A stretch of DNA of 64,000 bases, taken from positions 1 through 64,000 of IMG/VR virus record IMGVR_UViG_3300028569_000030, one strand, 5' to 3'. Every line of letters begins with the position of its first letter. The first letter of the stretch is position 1. Origin of the DNA: a virus. Made by a program: the position numbers and the translations under genes. Of this stretch, positions 1 through 8,592 are shown piece after piece. The notes beneath the pieces are model-generated. The model saw only the letters and a list, made by a program, of their open reading frames with translations, was not told where the DNA came from and ran no database searches.

Positions 1-135
1 GGGGGGGAGGGGGGTGCCCTTTATCTGCTGTAGTTTGGAGAAGTATACCCTCGCTACCAAATAATAGAACATATCTACAATACATCTACAATTCTCAGCT
101 AGTCTCGGGCTACTCTTAGCGCGTACTCGGGCTAT
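1..135. repeat. G-tract plus short phased direct repeats, possible genome end / packaging region
   Basis: GGGGGGGAGGGGGG at 1-14; ATCTACAAT at 73-81 and 84-92; CTCAGCTA at 94, CTCGGGCTA at 104 and 126; function is inference. Confidence 0.4.
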
Positions 136-175
136 GTTATTGAGTTTGCTGGTGTTTGTTAGGATTTTTGATATA

Positions 176-545
176 ACTCTCCAAAGGGAAAGGGTATTTA
201 TCCTGTAAGTCTCCCACAATCCAGAAGACATTCACATTGAGCCTAGTTACCATATAGGCAGGTATCATACAAGGTTCTGGGTTCCTCTATCCTCGTCCCT
301 TAGCTATAAAGGGTATGTCTGGATAGGGCTAACCAGATGAAGCTCCTAAAAGAGCCTAATGGCTCGTTAGGGAGGTGATTTTGCCGAAGCTTTCCTGATA
401 CCTCGGGTTCCCACGTTCTCTTCCTGTTCTAGGTAAATATCCCTAGACTCTGGGATGTGATCTTGTCTTTCTCTTTTGACTATCACACTTGTACGATAAG
501 ACTGGTCCCCTTGCCGCGTTGAAACACTAGTAGGAGCAGCCCATT
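176..545 (-). ncRNA. candidate structured non-coding RNA
   Basis: No ORF of 60 aa or more; six local hairpins plus 8-bp long-range helix 260-267/396-403; lies directly downstream of TTAACAACTTA motif at 550-560 (-); 3' boundary uncertain. Confidence 0.45.
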
Positions 546-560
546 ACTATAAGTTGTTAA
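546..560 (-). promoter_or_regulatory. putative late promoter motif TTAACAACTTA-TAGT
   Basis: exact copy of the repeated intergenic 11-mer. Confidence 0.7.
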
Positions 561-613
561 ATCCTTAAAAAAATACAAATACAAGATGTTAGGTGGAATA
601 CATGTATGGTCGG

Positions 614-976
614 CTAGGACCAGTAAGTGTTAAATCCCGAAGATGATTGAGGTTTCTCTAGGTCTTCTGCTTTACGTTTGCAGGTAGGGCAATCGTAGTA
701 CTTCTTCCTGCCAAAGCCTGTTATAAGCCATGGAGAATTGCATTTGGGACATATAATATCCCTAGGAACATAGTTTTCAGAGCCTTTGGGCATATCGTAA
801 TGGAACTTAAGGTCGGACTCACAGTAGGTTAGGGGAGGAGAAGAGAATCCTGGGTTGTCTATAATTTCAACTACATAAGTCCAGGATTTGTTTAAATATA
901 CGGATTTAGATATCCTAAAAATAATTCCAGAAGATGTTGTAACAGCGTCACCAGCCTTGAATTTGCTTGGAATCAT
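614..976 (-). CDS. hypothetical protein with C-terminal Zn ribbon
   Basis: CPKC...CPTC; tightly packed with neighbouring ORFs. Confidence 0.7.
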   Translation of the reverse strand: MIPSKFKAGDAVTTSSGIIFRISKSVYLNKSWTYVVEIIDNPGFSSPPLTYCESDLKFHYDMPKGSENYVPRDIICPKCNSPWLITGFGRKKYYDCPTCKRKAEDLEKPQSSSGFNTYWS

Positions 977-978
977 GG

Positions 979-1218
979 CTAGGACTCGATTTTAGATATT
1001 GTGTCACTATTTACTTCGGAGGCGGTAATAACGTAGAATTTGAGCCCTACAAGGGCTGGGATTAGGGCTAACAATTTGAAGGTAAAAACTATGGGAGAAA
1101 ATAGTCCAAAAGCCACACAACGACTAATGGAAAAGTACTGGGGAAAGGAGGGTTTTACATAGAAGTAATATGTGATACTACAATACATAGAAACTATAAG
1201 GTAGATAAAAAGGATCAT
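979..1218 (-). CDS. small hypothetical membrane protein
   Basis: two hydrophobic segments; ATGA overlap with upstream ORF. Confidence 0.65.
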   Translation of the reverse strand: MILFIYLIVSMYCSITYYFYVKPSFPQYFSISRCVAFGLFSPIVFTFKLLALIPALVGLKFYVITASEVNSDTISKIES

Positions 1219-1466
1219 AAGTCGGCTTCTTCTAAAATGTCTGGGGCTGTTATTAGGGTTTCAGCCTCCATAAGACCCTTGGCAGATCCTATTTCTAGGA
1301 TAATGCTTTCAGCATATAAGTACATTTCTTTAATGATGCTTTTCTTGGTGGATTCAGGGTCTAGGTAGAACCATACAGGTTTAGCCACAATACCATACAG
1401 GTACTTAGGGGCTTTACTAGGTCTAACAAAAACACAATCTTGCGGAGACATAGTTGTTGGTTTCAT
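1215..1466 (-). CDS. hypothetical protein (probably leaderless)
   Basis: ATG directly follows TTAACAACTTA-TACT; no Shine-Dalgarno. Confidence 0.65.
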   Translation of the reverse strand: MKPTTMSPQDCVFVRPSKAPKYLYGIVAKPVWFYLDPESTKKSIIKEMYLYAESIILEIGSAKGLMEAETLITAPDILEEADL

Positions 1467-1497
1467 AGTATAAGTTGTTAAGTTAACAACTTAAGGT
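1467..1497. promoter_or_regulatory. back-to-back divergent pair of putative late promoters
   Basis: CAT AGTA TAAGTTGTTAA G TTAACAACTTA AGGT ATG: perfect 11-bp inverted repeat, each arm 4 nt from an ATG. Confidence 0.8.
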
Positions 1498-1650
1498 ATG
1501 GAAGATAACACATTTAAATCATTAGGGGCGTTGTTCAAGAAGGTTTACTCAGATGAACCTATTAAAGCAGTAAAACAGCCCAGAGAAAGATCCAGACGAT
1601 TCAGAAGAATCGGGAAGAAGTTAAAGAAAGAAAAAACGAATAATGGCTAG
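1498..1650 (+). CDS. unannotated 50-aa protein: capsid-N-terminus-like segment plus basic tail
   Basis: MEDNTFKSLGALFKKVYSDEPIKAVKQPRERSRRFRRIGKKLKKEKTNNG; 11/16 identities to MCP residues 5-20. Confidence 0.75.
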   Translation: MEDNTFKSLGALFKKVYSDEPIKAVKQPRERSRRFRRIGKKLKKEKTNNG

Positions 1651-1684
1651 GATGCCATTATAAAAATATTAACAGGAGGTTGAT

Positions 1685-2044
1685 ATGGATAAAAAATCCA
1701 TTTTTAGTAATTTAATTTTAGTTCTACTAGTAACTCACATAGTTGCTTCATATTTTGTCCCATTTGACTTTAACAAGCCTGTAATTTCTTTAATTCTAAC
1801 TGCTATGGTGCTATATTTTAAACACCTAGAAAACACACAATTACCTGACATAAGAAAAGAAGTAGAATCCTCTTTAGCCAAGTATGAAAAGTATCTAGTG
1901 GAAATTGAAAATAAATACGAACATAAGATAGCCGAGCTTGAAAAAGGTCAGCAAGACTTATATAAGAATCTAAAAAATGACGTATCTAAATATGAGGCAC
2001 TCCTGACAAAAGCACACCCCACTGGAAAAGTAGTAAGGTTCTAA
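1685..2044 (+). CDS. hypothetical membrane protein with coiled coil
   Basis: strong SD AGGAGG; two N-terminal hydrophobic segments. Confidence 0.75.
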   Translation: MDKKSIFSNLILVLLVTHIVASYFVPFDFNKPVISLILTAMVLYFKHLENTQLPDIRKEVESSLAKYEKYLVEIENKYEHKIAELEKGQQDLYKNLKNDVSKYEALLTKAHPTGKVVRF

Positions 2045-2045
2045 G

Positions 2046-2402
2046 ATGGATAAGAAAGATACAGATATAGCAGGATTAGAAATACAGCTTAAAATATACA
2101 GCAAAAAGATAGCCCAACTCGAAAAAGAAAAAGAAGGACTGCTAGCTGTTATAAAAGATAATGGTTTGGAAGATGAAGTTAACTTTAATGTATCTATATC
2201 TGATGAAGAGTATATCTGCACTAATGAGATTAAAAAACTAAGAGATGCATCAGACATTAGACCATTAGATAAACTGGAAGTCTCTAACTTGGATATAATG
2301 CATAAAATACTCAGAACAATTAGAACTGGAAAAGATCCAGCAAAATCCAAAGCAAAGAAAATGGACGTTGCTGAGTTATTAAAGATAGTAGACAATGAGT
2401 GA
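2046..2402 (+). CDS. hypothetical protein, possible terminase small subunit
   Basis: helical 118-aa ORF overlapping the start of terL; positional inference only. Confidence 0.45.
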   Translation: MDKKDTDIAGLEIQLKIYSKKIAQLEKEKEGLLAVIKDNGLEDEVNFNVSISDEEYICTNEIKKLRDASDIRPLDKLEVSNLDIMHKILRTIRTGKDPAKSKAKKMDVAELLKIVDNE

Positions 2403-3867
2403 TACAGAACTTCCAAAAAAAAAATCAAAGAAACTTACCGTAAGCGAAGCCAAGAGCCGACTTTGGGCAGCAGGAGAACTAGCATCCTGGAAACTAAAGG
2501 GCGTTCAAAAAGCTATTTATAAACAAGCTGCTGATTTTAACGAAACACTAACTTGCATCCTATCGTCTAGACAATTAGGGAAAACTTTTTCTTTACATGT
2601 TCTAGCAGTAGAAACTTGCATTAAAAATCCTGGATGCATAGTAAAATATGCAACTCCTAAACAGAATATGATTAGGAAGATTACTAAAGCAGCAATGAGG
2701 AAGATCCTAGAAGATTGTCCTCAGGAATTGAAACCAGACTTTAACTCGCAAGAAAAGACTTGGGTATTTCCAAATGGATCAGAGATACAACTAGCAGGAA
2801 CAGATTCAGGAAATGCTGAAAACCTTCGAGGAAGTACCGCTATTCTCTGTATCGTAGATGAAGCTGGATTTTGTGATGAATTAGAATATGTTGTCAACTC
2901 CATATTATTTCCAACTACTACAACTACTAATGGTAAGGTAGTTTTAGCATCAACTCCTAACTACCATGACCCATCTCACGATTTTCACGAACATTTTGTT
3001 ATCCCTCTTCTTGCTGAAAACAAAGTATCTAGATTTACAATATATGAATCTCCGTTAGTTACTCCTTCTCAAATAGATAGAATTATTTCTAGATATCCTG
3101 GAGGAGCAGACAACCCAAAATTTAGATGTGAGTACCTATGTGAACTAACTAGAAGTAGTGATTCAATGGTAGTTCCAGAATTTAACACAAAAGAACTAGC
3201 TATTATTACTGACAAAATAGATCTTCCATATACGTATGATGCTTACGTATCCATGGATATAGGATTTAAAGATTTAACTGTTGCATTATTTGCAATATAT
3301 GACTTTAGAAATGCTCAAATCTACATAATGGACGAGCTAGTAATGAATGGACCATCAATGACTACCTCCATATTGGCGAAAAGAATACAAGAAAAAGAAC
3401 AAACTTCCTTTGTTGATATCCAAGGTAATTTCATTGGGACATATATGCGAGTTGCCGATAACGATTTAAAGCTAATAAATGATCTATATATGGAACATGG
3501 GCTACTGTTCTTTCCCACAAAAAAAGATAATAAAGACGCCTCCATAAACAATATGAGAATTTGGGTTCAAGAAGAGAGGATAAAGATTCATCCAAGATGT
3601 AAAACTTTAATATATCACCTAAAAGCAGCTCAATGGAATAAAAATAGAACAGATTTTCTAAGACTTAAAGATAATTTATCAAATGGAACAATGGGAGGAC
3701 ATTGTGATGCTATTCCTGCCCTGTACTATCTACTTAGAAATGTTCAAATTGGGAAGAAACCAGCAGATTATATAGGAGATTCTAGATATTCGCTGCTTTC
3801 TGGAAGCACACACAGCTCTTTATCTAATAATATTAAGCAGTTAAGTAACATATTCAAGAGAAAATAG
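2395..3867 (+). CDS. terL: terminase large subunit
   Basis: Walker A-like SRQLGKT, Walker B IVDEAG, motif III ASTP, nuclease SMDIG...HCD. Confidence 0.93.
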   Translation: MSDTELPKKKSKKLTVSEAKSRLWAAGELASWKLKGVQKAIYKQAADFNETLTCILSSRQLGKTFSLHVLAVETCIKNPGCIVKYATPKQNMIRKITKAAMRKILEDCPQELKPDFNSQEKTWVFPNGSEIQLAGTDSGNAENLRGSTAILCIVDEAGFCDELEYVVNSILFPTTTTTNGKVVLASTPNYHDPSHDFHEHFVIPLLAENKVSRFTIYESPLVTPSQIDRIISRYPGGADNPKFRCEYLCELTRSSDSMVVPEFNTKELAIITDKIDLPYTYDAYVSMDIGFKDLTVALFAIYDFRNAQIYIMDELVMNGPSMTTSILAKRIQEKEQTSFVDIQGNFIGTYMRVADNDLKLINDLYMEHGLLFFPTKKDNKDASINNMRIWVQEERIKIHPRCKTLIYHLKAAQWNKNRTDFLRLKDNLSNGTMGGHCDAIPALYYLLRNVQIGKKPADYIGDSRYSLLSGSTHSSLSNNIKQLSNIFKRK

Positions 3868-3881
3868 TCGGTACAATACAT

Positions 3882-3896
3882 TTAACAACTTATAAT
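3882..3896 (+). promoter_or_regulatory. putative late promoter upstream of portal
   Basis: TTAACAACTTA-TAAT. Confidence 0.7.
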
Positions 3897-3926
3897 AAGA
3901 TAATATATCACAATAAGTAGGAAACT

Positions 3927-6005
3927 ATGTCAAAAAAATATTTTGCAGCAGATGAAGCTTCGGAATGCGTCTCTTATTTACAAAGCAAAGCTAATAAATG
4001 GGCTAGTTATGGAGTAAATAATGGGTATGTTGAGTTAATTAAGAGATCTTGGAGGACTTATCATGGATTTACTAAGGATTCCAATCATCAAATCTCTTTT
4101 GATGGTGAGCAGGGAGAGCTTTTAAAAATAAATGTCAATCATTTTTATAACATAGCTGAACACATCTTAGTAATGATCACATCTAATAGACCTAAGTTCC
4201 AAGCACGAGCAATAAATACAGATAAAAAATCACTTGTTCAAGCACAACTAGCGAATGGCCTACTCGATTACTATATGAGAGAAAAAAGGCTAGAAAGAGA
4301 AATAAAAAGAGCAGTTAGATACGCTATTACTATGGGATCTGGTTATATTAAGATGGAATGGAATAGTACTAAGGGAGAAATATATGATTATATCGAACCT
4401 AGTAAAGATTCTATTGATTCTTATAATGAAGACGGTGAACCAGTAGATAAAAACGGAAGAGTTTTAAAAAATATACCCATTCATCAAGGAGATATTGACT
4501 TTAGAGCCTTATCTTTTTTTGATGTAGTGTTTGATTCTACTAAAGAGACTCCAGAACTTCATGATTGGGTAATTACCAGGACTATGGTTAATAAATACGA
4601 CCTTGCGGAAAAATATCCAGAAATGGCAGAAAAGATAATAAATTCAAAGGGATTAGATAGTCAAACTTCTTCTTTATTTACACTAAATCAATTTGATGAA
4701 ACTACTGACATACCAGTGTATGAGTTTTTTCATAATAAAACAGAGGCAGTACCTGACGGTAGGCATATGTTATACTTAGATGATGAAGTTATTTTAGATG
4801 ATAGCATATTAGAATATAAAGAGATTCCTGTTTATAGGATTGCAGCAAATGAAATCTTAGGAACATCTTTTGGATTTTCTCCTATGTTTAACTTAATAGA
4901 GTTGCAAGAGTATTTAGATATGCTCTACTCTATTGTTCTTACAAACCAACACGCATTTGGTATTCAAAACGTACTAAGTCCTTTAGGTGCTGATATAAAA
5001 TATACGCAATTAGCTGGAGGAATGAATTTTATTGAATATAATCCACAATTTGGTAAACCAGAATCTCTTAACTTAACACAAACACCTGCTGAAATATTCA
5101 CAACAATTCAATATATAGAAAAAGCAATGGAGACTATAAGTGCTGTAAACTCTACAGTAAGAGGAAATCCAGAAAACCAATTAAGATCTGGAAACTCTTT
5201 AGCTCTGATGGCGTCACAAGCTCTTCAATTTATGTCCGGATTACAACAGTCTTATATTCAGTTATTAGAAGATGTTGGAACTGGCGTTGTTAATCTATTA
5301 AAAGACTTTGCAGCAGCACCTCGTATCGCAGCAATCGTAGGATTAAGAAACTCTACAAACTTAATCACTTTTAAATCAGAAGATTTGTCTGGAATTAATA
5401 GAGTAGTTGTTGATGTTGGTAACGCTTTAATGTCTACACATGCAGGACGATCTCAAGTTGCTGAGAACCTATTACAAGCTGGATTGATTAAGACTTCTGA
5501 TAAGTACGTTCAACTTTTACAGACAGGAAATTTGGATGTTCTACTAGAGAACGAGATGGATGAAATAAATCTAATTAGGGGAGAGAACGAATCTATTGTT
5601 AAAGGTGATATGGAAGTAAGAGCGTTGTCATATGATAACCACGTTCTTCATATTCAAGAACATAGAGCTGTTTTAGCTGATGCTCAGATTAGACAAGATT
5701 TAGAATTAGTAACTAGATGCGATGCTCATATTAATGAACACTTACAATTAGTAAAAAATCTAGACCCAGATTTAGCTCAGATTATTGGCCAACCAGTATT
5801 CCAAAAACCACAACCTCCAATGCCTCCAGAAGCTGATATTCCACCAGATGGATCAGGTATCCCTGAACTACAGGCTAATCCAGAAGCTCAGTCATTAAAT
5901 CCAACTGATCAAATGGAAAGCGTCCCAGCAGTGCCTAGACCAGCAGGAAATCCAGAAGCTCCCATGACACCAGAAGAATTGTTCAATAAAAATGCCGTTG
6001 AGTAG
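3927..6005 (+). CDS. portal protein (podovirus/P22-like)
   Basis: 692 aa after terL; A-I-T-M-G-S-G-Y-I-K portal-type segment; Pro-rich C-terminal tail. Confidence 0.85.
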   Translation: MSKKYFAADEASECVSYLQSKANKWASYGVNNGYVELIKRSWRTYHGFTKDSNHQISFDGEQGELLKINVNHFYNIAEHILVMITSNRPKFQARAINTDKKSLVQAQLANGLLDYYMREKRLEREIKRAVRYAITMGSGYIKMEWNSTKGEIYDYIEPSKDSIDSYNEDGEPVDKNGRVLKNIPIHQGDIDFRALSFFDVVFDSTKETPELHDWVITRTMVNKYDLAEKYPEMAEKIINSKGLDSQTSSLFTLNQFDETTDIPVYEFFHNKTEAVPDGRHMLYLDDEVILDDSILEYKEIPVYRIAANEILGTSFGFSPMFNLIELQEYLDMLYSIVLTNQHAFGIQNVLSPLGADIKYTQLAGGMNFIEYNPQFGKPESLNLTQTPAEIFTTIQYIEKAMETISAVNSTVRGNPENQLRSGNSLALMASQALQFMSGLQQSYIQLLEDVGTGVVNLLKDFAAAPRIAAIVGLRNSTNLITFKSEDLSGINRVVVDVGNALMSTHAGRSQVAENLLQAGLIKTSDKYVQLLQTGNLDVLLENEMDEINLIRGENESIVKGDMEVRALSYDNHVLHIQEHRAVLADAQIRQDLELVTRCDAHINEHLQLVKNLDPDLAQIIGQPVFQKPQPPMPPEADIPPDGSGIPELQANPEAQSLNPTDQMESVPAVPRPAGNPEAPMTPEELFNKNAVE

Positions 6006-6008
6006 TTT

Positions 6009-6374
6009 ATGAAGCCAGAAAAACCAGTAGTCTACGGACGGATAATATATAGAAAAAGTAAAGTCAGAATTGGGATGTTAGAATCTTGTTTGACTTTTAT
6101 AAGTTCTTCTAGGGGAACAGAGTACAGAGTATATATAGATTTAGAAAATAAAAAATATTATATAAAAAACATGACTAGAGAGTCTTTGATTCACATGCCT
6201 GAAGATATAGGAGTTGATCATAAAAATACCCTATATATGCAAGCTAAGAACCATCTAAAAGTTTTGGGAGTGGTTTTTAGAAGAGAACTAAGAAACAGGC
6301 AGTTTGGAATATGTGAAAAGGGATATACCCAAAAAAAACACATAGAAAAATTAAATTGTACTAAAACCGAATAG
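6009..6374 (+). CDS. hypothetical basic protein
   Basis: ORF fills portal-scaffold gap. Confidence 0.6.
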   Translation: MKPEKPVVYGRIIYRKSKVRIGMLESCLTFISSSRGTEYRVYIDLENKKYYIKNMTRESLIHMPEDIGVDHKNTLYMQAKNHLKVLGVVFRRELRNRQFGICEKGYTQKKHIEKLNCTKTE

Positions 6375-6460
6375 TTTTATAACCAAATTAGTCTATACCC
6401 GAAAGGATTAGACAGTAACGTGTTATAGCAATGTCGCTACACACAATACTAGGAGTATAT

Positions 6461-7411
6461 ATGAACGAAGAAACAAGTGCACCAGCAGAGGTAGTAGAAT
6501 CTACAGAGCAACAACAAGGATCTGAGGGAGTCTCAGAATCTAGTGCGGAAGTATTACAAGATGCAGTTCAAGAAGCTGTTGCCAATGGCGCTACTAAACA
6601 AGAGATTCAAAACCTAAAAAAGAGCTTTGAGCTAAAAGTTAACGGAAAGACTTTTAAGAAAGAGTTTGATCTTTCTAATGATGCAGAAATGCAAAAAGAA
6701 TTTCAAATGGCTGCTGCTGGAAGAGAAGCCATGCAAATGAAAGCAGAGTATGAGAAAGCATTAAGGACTCTAGTTGATCAATTAAAAAATGATCCTCTAG
6801 CTTTAGCTGAAGAGCTTGGATTAAATGCGGACGATATTGCTGCTACTAGATTACAAAGAAAAATAGAAGAAGCTAAGAAAAGCCCAGAACAGCAAAAACA
6901 AGAAAAACTAGAAAGAGAGATAGAAGAGTACAGAAGAAGAGAGCAGGAAAGAGAGGCTCAATTACTAGAGGCACAAAATCATAAGATTTTACAAGAAGCT
7001 CAAGAACAGATTGACACAGAGATTGATACTGCATTATCTGGATATAAGTCTCTTCCTAGTAACAGTCCTATGGTCTATGATTTAATTGCTAAGAACATGG
7101 TATGGGTAATGGATAATTTTGAGCAATTTGGATATGCTAAGCCAGAAGACGTTAGGGTAGAGGACGTTCTTCCTACAGTAGAGCAACAACTAAAAGGTAC
7201 GGTAAATAAGCTACTTGAAGACATTCCAGAAGAGTTTTTAGATGCTTGGATCGGTTCTAAAACTATCGATAAGCAGCGCAAAAAAAGACTAGCTGGAGCT
7301 AAAAATGTCAGTAATATTAATAACATAAAGAAAACAACACAGGAAAAAGAAGAGAAAAAGGAAGATTCTCCAAAGATAAAGCTTAGTGATTGGATGAGAG
7401 AAGGCTTTTAG
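6461..7411 (+). CDS. capsid scaffolding protein
   Basis: acidic N-terminus, LKVNGK segment, long coiled coil, directly upstream of MCP; start moved to ATG 6461 after AGGAG. Confidence 0.75.
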   Translation: MNEETSAPAEVVESTEQQQGSEGVSESSAEVLQDAVQEAVANGATKQEIQNLKKSFELKVNGKTFKKEFDLSNDAEMQKEFQMAAAGREAMQMKAEYEKALRTLVDQLKNDPLALAEELGLNADDIAATRLQRKIEEAKKSPEQQKQEKLEREIEEYRRREQEREAQLLEAQNHKILQEAQEQIDTEIDTALSGYKSLPSNSPMVYDLIAKNMVWVMDNFEQFGYAKPEDVRVEDVLPTVEQQLKGTVNKLLEDIPEEFLDAWIGSKTIDKQRKKRLAGAKNVSNINNIKKTTQEKEEKKEDSPKIKLSDWMREGF

Positions 7412-7422
7412 TTTCTTTAATT

Positions 7423-7437
7423 TTAACAACTTAAGGT
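7423..7437 (+). promoter_or_regulatory. putative late promoter upstream of capsid gene
   Basis: TTAACAACTTA-AGGT followed by hairpin GTGTAGG...CCTACAC. Confidence 0.75.
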
Positions 7438-7599
7438 GTAGGAAATTGACATAAGTCACCTACACAGTTTTATCTATTTGGAACTAAGTACTCAAATTGG
7501 CTTTTCAATACCCCTAACCGGATTTGATAAATACCAGAAGAACAGAACTAGAGAACATAGAACGAAATAAAACAACACATACTTATAGGAGTATATAGA

Positions 7600-7779
7600 A
7601 TGAGTGCAAACAATACTGTTGCATCTTTAAACGGACTATTTAAAGAAGTTTATAGCGACAATGTAAAAAATTTAGTTCCAGACAGTGCAAAATTAATTAA
7701 AATGATTCCAATGATGAAGAAAGAGAAATTGATGGGTAACCAATTCAATTTCCCAGTAATCGTTAGTTTAGAAAACGGT
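7600..7779 (+). CDS. major capsid protein, exon 1 (60 codons)
   Basis: SD AGGAG; ends ...LENG at the U of a group I P1 U-G pair. Confidence 0.85.
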
Positions 7780-8592
7780 AAAATTTAACGTATTGCCGTT
7801 TTAAAATTGGGCAAAATCGGTGAAGGCTAAGGCAAAAATGAATGGTTTAGTTTACAAAGCTACAAATAAAACAAACGGAAAAGTTTATGTTGGTATTACC
7901 ACTAAAACTTTATCTGAGCGTATATTTGCACATGTAAATAGAGCCAATGTTGAAAAGAGTGTTTTTCAACGAGCTATTAAAAAGTATGGACTTTCTAATT
8001 TTGACTTTTGTGTTATAGATACTGCTAATACAAAAGAAGAGTTGTTTAAAAAAGAACAGCTTCATATCGCAAATTTAAATTCTATGTCTCCTGTTGGATA
8101 TAATCTAACTATAGGCGGAGAGGGTATTTGCAAAATGACTGATCAAATTCGAAAGAAAATATCACAAACTAAAACAGGAAAAAGTGTAGCTAAATTAAAA
8201 GGAAGAGTTCGCTCTAAAGAAGAGAGAATAAAAATCTCTAGATCATTGAACGGATCTCCAATTATTGCTACTAATATAAAAACAGGAGAAATTTTATTTT
8301 TTGAAACAATTCAAGAAGTTAAATTTCATGGGTTTAATCCAGGATTAGTATGTATGGCTTGTAAAAAAAATAGACCACAACATAAAGGATATTTTTGGAA
8401 CTATGCTAATACCGAGGTAAGTCAAGAATTAAAAACTCTTGAGCACCGTAACGCATACCAAGTGAACCTCAGTAATGAGAATATAATCTTGGCACGAGTG
8501 CCCGACAACAATTAACCTTGTTGAAAATGTATGCTGACCTTATGGGAAACTATAAGAAGTAGAGGATAAAAAGCCTTTACGATAACAAAGTG
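7780..8592 (+). mobile_element. group I intron (813 nt) in major capsid gene
   Basis: P1 AAAACGGU/GCCGUUUU with U-G at splice site; P3 TTGGGC/GCCCGA; P7-like GCATAC/GTATGC; terminal G at 8592; removal restores frame (LENG|FTYGG). Confidence 0.88.
7838..8515 (+). CDS. intron-encoded GIY-YIG homing endonuclease
   Basis: GLVYKATNKTNGKVYVGIT, GYN motif, NUMOD3-like basic repeats and C-terminal HTH-like segment; start ATG 7838 or GTG 7820. Confidence 0.9.
   Translation: MNGLVYKATNKTNGKVYVGITTKTLSERIFAHVNRANVEKSVFQRAIKKYGLSNFDFCVIDTANTKEELFKKEQLHIANLNSMSPVGYNLTIGGEGICKMTDQIRKKISQTKTGKSVAKLKGRVRSKEERIKISRSLNGSPIIATNIKTGEILFFETIQEVKFHGFNPGLVCMACKKNRPQHKGYFWNYANTEVSQELKTLEHRNAYQVNLSNENIILARVPDNN

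Noticed and set aside
176-545. tRNA, tmRNA or RNase P RNA
   Set aside because: No cloverleaf/T-loop, no tRNA-like ends, only partial look-alikes (CAGGAAAG, CAGAACC) of RNase P motifs
7600-8592. Capsid gene as a pseudogene or two separate genes
   Set aside because: Group I intron hallmarks and in-frame restoration explain the split
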